Source of the DNA: Stylophora pistillata
Taxonomy: Eukaryota
NCBI RefSeq assembly: GCF_002571385.2
Contig: NW_019217818.1
Location: 277,594-341,593, forward strand
Reading direction: 5' to 3'
Length of the DNA stretch: 64,000 nt
Shown here: piece by piece, positions 49,401-61,400 of the stretch
Layout of the letters: every line of letters begins with the position of its first letter
How positions within the stretch are numbered: position 1 is the first letter of the stretch
Translations under genes and position numbers: made by a program
The notes under the pieces: model-generated
Databases searched by the model: none
The model's input: only the letters and a program-made list of their open reading frames with translations
What the model was told of the DNA's origin: nothing

Positions 49401-52400
49401 GGAAATGCTGAAAAGGAAAAAAATACAGGTTGAGTATTTATTACTAAGCAAATAAAAAAAAATGGTTCATTGTCCCGATACCCTCTTTTCTGAAGTGAAA
49501 GATAAGCAGCAAAGCCATCTTATTAAGCCGGAATTTGAACTGACTGGGGTATATTAAAAATAAGATTTCGAACATCTAAGATATAGAGTTTATTTACCAA
49601 ACTAATTAAAATTTCGATTAGATCAGCGTAGGGTGTATCCGGAGGTTTCAGCAACTTTTCCCATAAGAGGCAGCCGAGGATGTGACAGGAGGCTGTGCAT
49701 GGAGAAGGGGCCGTAAGGCGAAACCCAAACACGAGAACCTGCTCACAGGCTTAACAGACAGCGGTTGACCGACGGAAACCCGCTTTTAACGAAGCCTCTG
49801 GTGTATCACTTCGTCATTAGAAAATCGGAGATGTTCACAGGTAAAACAAGGTCATGCGACAATGAGAATCATACTAATCAGGGTTATCAATATGATTTTG
49901 AGCGATCAGATTGCGATAGAAAGTAACTTGATGTTATCAACTGAGTTCATGGTGTAAATTTGAAACTGTAAAGAGTTTATAGAGGTGACGTTTCTCTCAA
50001 AAAAAAGGTTATCGCTCGAAACGTCAGCGATAACTCTTTACGGTGACTCTTTACGGTGACCAATTTATACTACTGACCAAGTTGATAACATCAAATTATC
50101 TTGTAATACAAATGAATAAATTATCTTGTAATACCCCCACCGACGCAATGCCAAAGTTTCTTTAGAAACTTAGCCCCTTTCTTCATTTGTTATACAAAGT
50201 AGGCGATACTAAGGACCGAAGGCCCCTCCGCACCATACCAAAAATTTCTTAAAACTGTCAGGATATGTTCAGCAAAGCTTTTAGAACCCTGAACAAAGTC
50301 TCTAACCTGTAACTTTTCTTCAAACACCAGGATATCACTGGTCACCAGTTCGCCGGAGTCAAGCCTCTTGATCATACCCAGTTCCCAGCGTTCAAAGTCT
50401 GTTGCGATCATGATAAACACACTCTTGAGTTCTTCCTTTCGATTGTCAGATCTTTCCAGTACTTCAACCCAGAGCTTGTTGAGCTGTTTTAATTTGGATT
50501 CTTTCTGCTTCTTCTTTTGTGAGTTGAACATGTCGTTCAGAGCTTCTACAGATGTTCCATTGCGGTTGACTTCTACCTGAAGAATCTGGGAAATTTCAAA
50601 ACATTAACCCTTCAACTCCCAAGCGACCAAGACAGAATTTCTCCTAACAAGATCAATACGATATCAAAGCAACCAAGAGATGAGAATAGAGAAAAATATC
50701 ACTTAGGGGATTGTTAGTTGATCCAATACCAAATTCTCTGAACTAACATCATAAGAATTGTACAGAGGACAGTAAGTAGAATTATTAATAAGATCTGGAA
50801 AGCAAGATGGCTAGCGAGCAAGGAATTGACAAAAATAAACGTACGCATCGGCTGGAGGGTGTAATCACACCAAATTTTCTGACTGAATCACTATGGCAGT
50901 GTAAACCAGACATAGTCAAGAATTTCTTATCCTATCTTGTGAGTTCACGGGCCAAGAGACAGATTCGAATAGGCATGTAAAAGTTGTTTTTCTGATTGGA
51001 TGCTTCATGACTAACACAAAAATTCTAAAAGAATGAAAAGAGCGTCAAGCAAAAGTACCATTTTAAGTTGAAGCACTTGTAATGTTAGTCCCGTTACCTT
51101 AAACTGCTGAGCCTGGTTCCTGAGTTCAATCAAATTGCGTGACACGGGTGGAACTTTGTCAAGTTGTTTCTTAAGTTCAGTTAGAGCCTTGATCGCAACC
51201 TCTAATCCATCCTTGAAGTTCTGTGAGGTGGTGAGCGCTGCCTGCAATTTTTCCTGGTAGACATTGATGTTGGCACACAACTCATCATATCGTTGGCTTA
51301 TCGTCTTCCCTCGTTCAAACTCAGGCGTTCGAATCAGTCCTTGGACACTGTGGCCGAGTACACCTACAGCTACGATCTCCGCCTGATGTAAATTGACCTC
51401 TGTCTGCAGAACCTACCGAGAAAACAAATCAAGATGAGGACAACAACCCCTGATGCGTGTTAGCTCTTCAGCTAAAATGTGCCCGTATGACCACCCCACC
51501 CACTTCGTTATTTACGTGGTCAAAAGGTTTAAAGCTTAGCGCAACAAGAGTAATGTCTTTGTTACTCGCGTTATCCCGCGCTTTAGACACTTTGCTTCTT
51601 AATTTTGCTCTCAATAGCTCGCTTCGATATTCCATCTTTGTTCTGAAGGCCACATGAGTCAAAACGCACTCTATGATCATTTCTGGGTACCTTAAGTTCT
51701 GTGATTTGCTGTTTAATAGCTGTTGGATCCGACTTCACAGGATGCGCCATGTACCGGGCTAATGTGTCCTCTGCTTTGTTCAACCAAGGTATCACTTGTG
51801 TGGCTTGACTGTCATACTCACGCAATTGCCGCCATGATCGGTCTAAGATAGTTCCTTGTTCACTAATCAGCAAAAGAAGCCTGCAAGAAGGAAAAAAATA
51901 ACTTAGTCGCACAAGATTTATCCTTTAACCACTTGAGAATGCTAGCATCTAATTTCTAATTACAATACTACCCCTGAATCCAACATCATGTTCACGAAAA
52001 TTAAGGACATGATCACTACCTAAAGCCGATTGATTGTTAAACAAATTCTCCTTGTCAGCACCCTAGGAAATGTATAGAGAGCAGTATGGAGATTATGCGT
52101 CCTGCTGATGGGTTGCAAAGGGGTAAATCTTTTGAGGCTGGTGGGTCTTAACTTTCGGAGGTTCTCCTTGGAGTTCCATCTTCGGTAGATGGGGTGTTAG
52201 AGCACCGAATGTTATCTCTGCAATTTCTCAAGTTTCCCTTGGAGGAGGAGGACACAACACAAAGGACCGACTCAACTTTTACCTCTCAATACGGAGTCAA
52301 ATGTCAACAAGTACGCCGCAAAGTGATTCCACTAACTGTTAAGTGCCACATGAAATGTAACACGTGGAAATTGTAGAAGGAAATTTGGCTCAAACGAAAT

Positions 52401-55400
52401 TTTACAATCAGGAGTGTCTGAGCGGTAAACAAGATTTGATTTGCATAAATTTCTGAAAGGTTGTACGATTTGTAACGTTCCCTTCTTCATAAAGGGTAAA
52501 CTGAAATGTTTTTTAAAAAAAATAAAGAAAGAAATCACAAACGCTATCAAAACAAACTGAGAATAAAGAAGTCAAGGAATTATTCTCTACCTGCTGTAGC
52601 GCTCGTTAATATCGGCAAGCTTGTTCTCTAGTACCCAGGACTTTTCATTAGGGACCGCTATACTAACTTGCGCGGGCGATGTAACGTCTGCGGATTCTAA
52701 TGTGGCAACAGAACGCTCGAGCTCTGCGTGGAAAACCTTAAAAAATGAATAGAGTTAAACCACTGTGTTCTGGCCTATACATTTCTTACAAATACAAATG
52801 CATGAGAAGAAAAAGTAAGCATTTTCATTGCTGCTTTAAATACATTATCCTACAAAATATATTCCTAGTCGGTTTCCATAGGAAAAATTTAGTCAACCGT
52901 GCTCATCCAAGAGATTGCAAACGTTCACATAGGTACTGAAAAGTTAGAGAGTACTGACAAAGTGTAGAGTGCTCCACGAATCCCTCTAGCTCCACGAATG
53001 CTCTAACTCGACGGTCCCGACTTGACGTCATGAACAGTAATTATCAAATGGGAAGTGCATTGGACACAATTCATTTTAAGAAAAAAAAAAAACATACCAC
53101 CGTTCCCAGTACATGAAAAGAAAAGTAGGCTAACAAATACTGGTGGCAAAGCTTGAAAACACTCGTATAAAAAGGTTATCACCACTATTGAGAACTTAAA
53201 AAATGAATACAGAAATCAAATAATGCACAAATTAAAATTTTTGGGTTTCTAAGTCAATTCCACTCATAACATATCGGCCGGTGAGTTACTGTTACACACA
53301 GGTCTGCGATCAAAAATCACTTTCTTGTAGACGATTGTTACAAAAGACAAAGAGAAATGGTCACCTTTGCTTCGTGTAGGAAGTCCTCGCCACTCTGGTT
53401 CACCTCCTTTAAGTCACGTTCGTGATCTTTCACGTCGTCGACAAAATGCTAAATTGTTACGAAACGAAAGCACTTTTAGAAACATAAATGCATTGCGAAT
53501 ACAAGTAACGTTTTCCAAGGTCAGCCTATTGTTGACTGTAATTTAGTTTCGCCATTACCAAACATGGATAAAACGAAAACAAGAAAACAAACCCCAAATT
53601 AATCCCTTTACTTCGTCCAAAGACCGCTTACTTTGGTAAATATTTACATTTTAAAAATGTCAAATGCGCCAAAACGGATACAAAAATAATCATGTCAAGA
53701 AAAAAAAAAGCACGATGGAAAAATTCCTTGTTTAAAATTGGCAAGTGTCGCTTTGAGCGTAAATTAAGAGGAAAATGGAGAAGAGCAGAAGAGTTTCTCT
53801 TTGCGCAAGTTTTACTGGAAGCGAAAATTTTGGCGAGTGAAGGGTTCTTCGTGTAAGATGTTTGACGTAAGGAAGCATCTCTGTGCGGAATATCTTGAAG
53901 CGGAAAAATGGATGTAATATTTATACTGAGTTTTTGAGTTAATCTCCGAATCCGCGTAAAAATCTTGCAATTCCATTAAAGTGGGCCATTCTTTTCTGAG
54001 AATAATTCTTATGAAAACAAAGATTGTCTGACCTATTACGCATTAATAGTCAGTGAAAGTAGTAATGCGGAAATGCCTCTCTACTAGTTGTGACCTAACT
54101 TTCTCACCTAATCCATTAATTAAAATCTACAGGCATGAATGAGTCCTTTCTTTGATCGTTTACCCGCTCCACGAGGCTTGGTGGAAGGAAAATATCGGAA
54201 CCCCTATTTTTCGATACATATTGTATTACTGGTGTTGTGTGACTAAGAAAATTGTTGCGAGACATACTCAAGCGAATGAAGAGAGCACAAAGTCTTATCT
54301 GTCACTCACAAGTGACGATTAAAGGTTACAGTCATGAAGAATAGACAATGAGTCTCAAACCTCAAGAAAATGAAAAGTTAAGCTTATTATTTCACTGTTC
54401 CGTATTCTTGATGGAAAGCCATGTTCAATGAACCAAATCTCTCTACATCCGGACACACAAACCTTGTGAATGAGAAGTTTGTCCTGTGCTCTTTGGATAT
54501 TTTTGGCATCGAGAAGAATAGCACTGGCCTGATCCTCTGCTTTCTTGAGCCAAGCCTGAAAACAGAACAACAACTTCACTAAAATGAACAAATACAACAG
54601 AAACTGGAATTGTGTGCGAATAGCACTTAACGCTGCCCAGAACTTGTTCAGGGTTTTGTTTTACGGCATCATGGTATTCTGAATCAATGTTTGTCGCACT
54701 TCAGAGCTACCTTAAACTTGAAGTAATTTACTTCGCGAGAGAGAAAATCACGAAAAAGGCAGCGATGAACCAAAACGAAACCTGGATGAAAATATTTGAT
54801 GCAGAATGCAGTTGACAACCTTAAGAAACTCCAGCAAAATGTTTCAAGAAACATCAAATGGTGACGCTGCACCATTAAACACATTTCAAAATATCCGAGC
54901 GCTTTTATCACATGAAGGCCAGCTTTCAAAGACCCTACTTCCTTTGCTCAACGAGCAAAGGGATGTGTGTGATGTAACCTGAAAATGCATGCGTAAAATT
55001 CCACTCTGCGACTGAAGAACACAGAATAGAGTTGCAAAGGGGCTGTTTGGTTATGCCACTTTTCTGGCAAATTTTGTCTCCTTTAATGCTCTACCTCGGT
55101 AAAGAGCCAACGTCATGGGCTGATTCTTAAAAGAGTCTTAAAATCATTAAGGCAAGCCCTTAGGCTAGATCTCGGTTAATCCACCAGCGTCAGGAGCCGA
55201 GCGCCATTAAGGCAAGCCCTTAGGCTAGATCTTGGTTAATCCACCAGCGTCAGGACCCGAGCGCCATTAAGGCAAGCCCTTAGGCTAGATCTCGGTTAAT
55301 CCACCAGCGTCAGGACCCGAGCGCCATTAAGGCAAGCCCTTAGGCTAGATCTCGGTTAATCCACCAGCGTCAGGAGCCGAGCGCTCGCCGACCACAAATG

Positions 55401-58400
55401 GATTCAAATATTGAGGACTGTTCATGAGGCAAAAGAATTCGCATAAGTTGAGGGCATTTTTTTTAAATATTCTTCTTTATATTGCAACTTTTTAAAAAAA
55501 AATAATGAGCATACCAAGAAAGGATGTAGCAATTCTTCAAAATTCGTTAGCTTTTCGTGGATCCTCACAAGTCTCATGTACCGATTGTCGAGCTCGGCTT
55601 GCAGTCGTCCCCACCTCGCTTCCAATATGCTCATCTTCGAGTCAAGTTCGGCTTTCTTCGTGGGCGATAGAAGCTGACCGCTGCCTTTCAAGAACTGCTT
55701 GCTCTGCTCGAGCATAACTTCCACTGGTTTCTTCCTTTCATATACTGCCTTGGTAAATCTCTGGATGAGGAAACGAACAATTTTTCATAATTTTCACTCT
55801 TTTACTCCCCAGATTCCAATATCTCATAAGTAATTCTTACCGTCCGCCATACAATTCTGATATTAGTTTGGAGAATTTGGTATTGGATCAGTTAATAATC
55901 CCCTTGTTGATAATTTTCTTTATTCTCATCACTTATCTGCTCTTTTTTGTATTGACATTGTAAGGAGAAATTCTGCCTTCGTCACTCATGCGAGTTAATG
56001 GCTGCCGGTTGAAACCTTTTCAAGATAGTAGAGTATTTTCAATCAAAGGAGCTCCTTTATAAATGAATAGTAAAGTAGGTTTTGAATAATTCAAGTAATT
56101 GGCAATTTCGCTTGTTGTCTAACTTGCTATCTAACCATACATTCAAATGGCGAGCTCGTAAATGTTAGCACCACACACCACTCTTAACATTCGAGACAAA
56201 ATGAAGTTCACTCATGTTTGTATGTTAACAATATCATAAGAAAAGTTTCTTGAAGTGCTTAATAACCTTCAGATTGAGGGACACTAAAATATGTTACCTC
56301 GGAAGAACAGAAAAACACAATAGTTAGTGATAAACAACGATAGTACAAGGATGACTATACTTGGAAAAGATTGAAACAGATTCAACAAAGGAACTACAAA
56401 AATTTGGCTGAGTTTTTGTCGAGATTCACTCACAGCAAATGATAAACATCCTTAAAAATAACAAGGCAGCCCTCGGAAGTGATTGATATTTCTCAAGTGA
56501 TTGCATAATCTAATTAGTTATAAAGGTATATGAATACAGGATGAAATAGTAATAAAAAAATTATAGCCAATTTCTCAAGGCCACCTTACGTCAGTTATAA
56601 AGTATTTGCTTGTTATAAAGGTACTCTCGGAGCAAAATGTCCGTAAATCAAATACTGTGTCAATACTGTCCACATTTCATTAAAATGCAAATAAATTTTA
56701 AAAATTCAAGTTAACTCATGGGGATTTAGCGTGAAATTGCAGCGATTATGGGATTTAATACGCTACTCAAAGGGAAGTTTTCGAAGTTAATGTCTAATGT
56801 AGACTTAAAGTCTCGCGAAAAGTTATGCAAAGATCTTTGGCAGTTCGAGAGTAAAGCAAGCAGGATCCTACTGACGTGAACGGCTCTTGAGTTCTTCTGT
56901 AATGCAAACAATCTTTTGCTGTGTTTTAACTTGATTTGCTTGCGCATTCATGCTACTGTTCGAAAGAAGAGCGCGACCTTTCCATGACAAACAGAGAGAG
57001 GGCTCAGATTTTCGATTCTACAACTCGGCTGATCTGAATTTCTTACTCGTTGATGTCTTAAACAGATCGGTGTAAAGGACGTCACCAAACTTTCGAGCGA
57101 GTACACTTAGCCTCAGCGCAGTCTATTTCGCAGTTACAGCCGATCAAAAGTAACAATTAAAGAACAATTCGGACCAACTTTGAGCCGTTAATAAGAAGGA
57201 ATACATAAGTTGTCGAACCTGGGTTTCAAGTTACAAAACATCGCGTCCGTCTCTTCACTGGAACCTTCAACACCACCAAATGGAATAATCAACGTAGTTT
57301 AAAACACAGAGTAACATTCCTCGACACAATTTCCGTGGTTGAGGGCTGACTAAACGAGAACAGCCTTGACAACCTCTTTTCGCGACTGATCACTGGCTCT
57401 CTGTGATGGAACCTTCCTTGTTTTAAACTTCAATCATGATTCAGACAGGCGTCTTGTTTGTTTTCCGTGATTATTAAAATCACCAGAAACGACTGTTTGC
57501 TGATTACATGCAGATTAGTGCAAAATCGTTTGGCTTTCTTGAGGAACTGGTCTCAAGGGAGTCGAATACTGAGGGTGCGAAATGCGCGAGAGTAAATGCG
57601 TTTGAAAAACTCCCTTGGATTTACGATTCTAACTTATGAATGAACTGTGTCCGAAACAATAACAACAAAAAGCCTTCTCGCCTAAAGAACTGAAAAAAAT
57701 TCACAAAACAAACAGCTATCTGGTTTCATATATCCTTGTTAATTAATTCCTAAGCTTTAAATCTCAAATACAGAATCAAATCTCTGAGGATGAGAAATAA
57801 ATCTAAGTTTTCAGTTGATAGATTACATACCACTGAGCGACTAGACGGTTTCAGAAGAAGTTTCTTCTAGATTTGTTTATTTCGTCGATCCACTTCGAAA
57901 TTCTCCATTCTGGTTGCTATAATACTTTGTAGAGCAGTTGGGAGACTTAGCTTCTATATCAAGATACCACTTCTCACTGACAAACCTGTCTTTTCTCACC
58001 TTCTCAAGGAGAAGTCACATGTTGGTCAGAATCGAATAGTACATGCACATCATGTGGAAATATGGGTATACCCTAAATTGTCATTCCTACTCTGTGGTTG
58101 ATGATAAAAAGCGGGATGTTTGATGATTCTTTCGAGACTTTTTAAGCAAAACCTTTCACGTATGTAAGACTTCTCACAGTGACATGCAGCCAATCAAATG
58201 AAAGCAAGCCAGGTATAATGCTATAGGACCATTCCATTTACCGCTAAATTCGACTCTGACCTTCGGACCGTGACCCCCAGTGGCTATCAAAACAGGGGCA
58301 TGCCAAAGGTGCGAGGAAATCTGTAAAACTTCCACCGTTAAAAAGCTGATACCATTATTGTAATTGTCTCACTCTAGTTATAGCGGAAACCTAGTTATAG

Positions 58401-61400
58401 CGGAAACCTGGGAGCATTTGAGTTATGGCGTAAGTAGCCTTTTATCTTGCGAGAGTAGTTTGAAAATGAGATCTGTCCTTGCAATAAATTGATTCTATGG
58501 TTTGTGTCGGTTAAGAAACTATTCTCTAAAGATATACCAATTGATTAACGTTACCAAAATTCACCCTAAAAATCTATCATCATCATGTTGATCTTACCTT
58601 CTGTTCTTCAATTTGTTCTTCTAATTCTTTGACTTCTGCGGGGGAGGCCGATTGCGTTAGCAGGATTTTCTCTGTGTCGGACAGCCAATCAAGTAAGTGC
58701 TGTATCGAGGAACACCACTGTAAGCACGCCTCTTCAACCTGAACAAGTAAAAAGTGAACGTCAAAAAAAGGTTTGACTGAACGTCACGCCAATGTTGGGT
58801 GATTGTCATGCAGTGAACCTAAGAAGGCCAGTTGTCACGATAATCAACAGTTTTAATTTAATCCAAAATGACATTCACATTAAGACCGTGCGAAAGATAG
58901 ATGAGATTAATGCGCGTACAATGGTAAGCTGGGAAAGTAACGACCACTTTATAATCGCATTAAAAATAACCATAATCATTTAAAAGGGTGCTCAAATGCT
59001 CGGGTTTATTTCATGTTTCGAATGATAAAAATTTGTAAAATTCTGGATGGCAGTAAGTTTTCTAACAACGATGCTTTCTCTCGAGAAACTCAATACAAAA
59101 AACCAGCTATTTAACACTTACAAATGTTTTTATCTTGAAAAATACCATCCGATTGTTACCGAATATTTAAAAAAACTGGAACAAAATGTGCACTCATCCC
59201 ATTACGATAATAGGATTGGAGGAGGAAGACGAAAAATAACTTTCAGTACAAAAAAGTTCAGTAAAAAGCTTGGACAAATAAAAAACAGTTGGGTGTTTCT
59301 AGTTTCAATTGGCAGCTCGAACGGCTGTGAACCGCTTGCGGTCATGGGTAAATGTTTTGCACCTTTTCTTTTCCGAGTTGACTTATGCAACAAAAATGTT
59401 AAAAAAAAAAAAGGGGGGGGCAGGTCTCGTACACTGCCATAACTGTAAAAAAAAAAAGTACCTTGTAATCTGGATGACAATTACAACTGTGAAAGACCTC
59501 AGAATGGGGTCGAAATAGCAAACTAAAAGGTGCTGCAATCGATTAATCCAAACGCGGCGTTTTAAGCACAGTAAAGCTCCTTAAAGTAGATTTAAAGAGA
59601 GGCGTTAAAAAAAGAGAGACAAGGTTTATGAACCATTAGTGGCGCAGTCTGTTGAAGTGTTCAAGAAAAATACCTGGTGAGGCAGACTAAACACGTCTCA
59701 GCGCCCATTACCGCTACAAGTAATGGGCTCCTGACACGTCACAATCTGTTGTCAGTGCAGAGTTAAAGTAAATAAAGTACATATTCTCCACGATAATCGA
59801 GCATAATGGTCGGGAAGTATTTAAGAACAGATATGCCTCTGGTTCAAATTTCGTCTAGAGTATATATTCACCACGATAATCGGGCAATAATAGTCGGGAA
59901 GTACTTAAGAACAGATGAGCCTCTGGTTCAAATTTCGTTTAGAAGAAAAGAGTAAGATTAATTTGTGAAATGCACCAACTTACTTCTTTGTGTTCTTTTC
60001 CGTGTCTTTTCAAGGTCTCCACAAGGTTCTCCATGGCAAACTGCACTTCATTCAAGAGTTTTTCGTATCGAGCGTTCATGCTCATCAGGGATGAAATTAT
60101 TTCTTCTCGGCCCTTCTGGGCACTTTCCAAGAGGGGGTTGATAGCTTCTCTGGACTCTGGTAAGTGATGCAGGCTATGACGGTACTCCTCAAGGTTCCTT
60201 TCCCACATCTAGCAACAAGCACCAAAAATATTTAGCTTTACTCCTTTAATTCTCAGAAGTGATTAACATGTAATTTCTCCCTTTAACATCCATACATTAT
60301 CGTGTGAACAGGTGATGAAAATACTCAAATTTATCTAGTTGAAATTGTTATCTTGATCTGAAACCAAATTCATGTGACTAATTCACAAGGAAATGTGTAG
60401 CAACTCGAGGGAGATTTTACAATCAGATCTTGAGATTTCAAGAGTAAAATTAGCTAGGAAGTAAAACCTCTCAAAAAAAATATAATATTCCAACAATTAC
60501 TTATTTGAATTTATGTTCAGATCTGAGCACAGATTAATAGGGGCGTCTTAAAATCAAAGATATATGAGGGAGGATTAGGCTCAAGTCGGGTCATCCGCGC
60601 GCTAAAATCTCGTAATCTCATCCCAAACGAAATAAAGGAGATTGGGCATAATGTGACTCAGGCCCATGCTCACCTGTGATTCGTCTGAGTATTCATGTCC
60701 AACAGTACAGAGTGTTTTGATTGGTACTTGCTGGCTTCGTATATCCGTGTATAGGGACTGAAAAACAAATTTGAAAATCTCGATTCAGTTTTCTGATTTC
60801 TTACTAGCCTTAACTTTGTAGGCGAAAAGAACTGCATTATGACCTACAGTTGCAAAGGCATTTATCCGTCAACAAACATCTCTTAATTGCCGGATGCTAT
60901 GTCCATCTCACATTTTTAAATCACGAATTGATTAAGTTCGATAAATTACCCAGCAAACAAGTGACGATAAAAGAAACTCTTATCAGCCAGAGGGTGTTAT
61001 TTTGATGAAACGCCAAATTCCTCTTACAATTCGCAGGGAAAATGTATGTCACCTAGAAGGGAGAATAACGTGTCTGATCAGATCTTGGAAGGTTAGGGGT
61101 TAAAAAGTTACTTAGTTGCTGGAATATGAACCAAATGAACCAAATGGCCACAAGCTCTCTTGCAAATCGTAAAAAGCTGCGAGGATGCACTGAAAATTTT
61201 TCAAAACGAGACTGAATTCTTCATAATTATAAAATAAAAGACAAATTCAGTTGAGTGTCCAAAGTAACCAGGATTGCTTTGGTTTTGCTTTACCTCACTC
61301 TGCGATTGGTCTTGAAAAATCTCGTGCCGCCATCTCAACCAATCAGATTGAAAACTAAAAACCAATCCCGTTTTCCCGCGCTTTCAGCAGGTTGCCTGTT

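Noticed and set aside
55145-55384. CRISPR-like regular array
   Set aside because: Units are contiguous and near-identical with no unique spacers; eukaryotic context and no cas genes.
56726-56985. Short minus-strand ORFs in the long intron as first exons
   Set aside because: No phase-0 donor before their stops.
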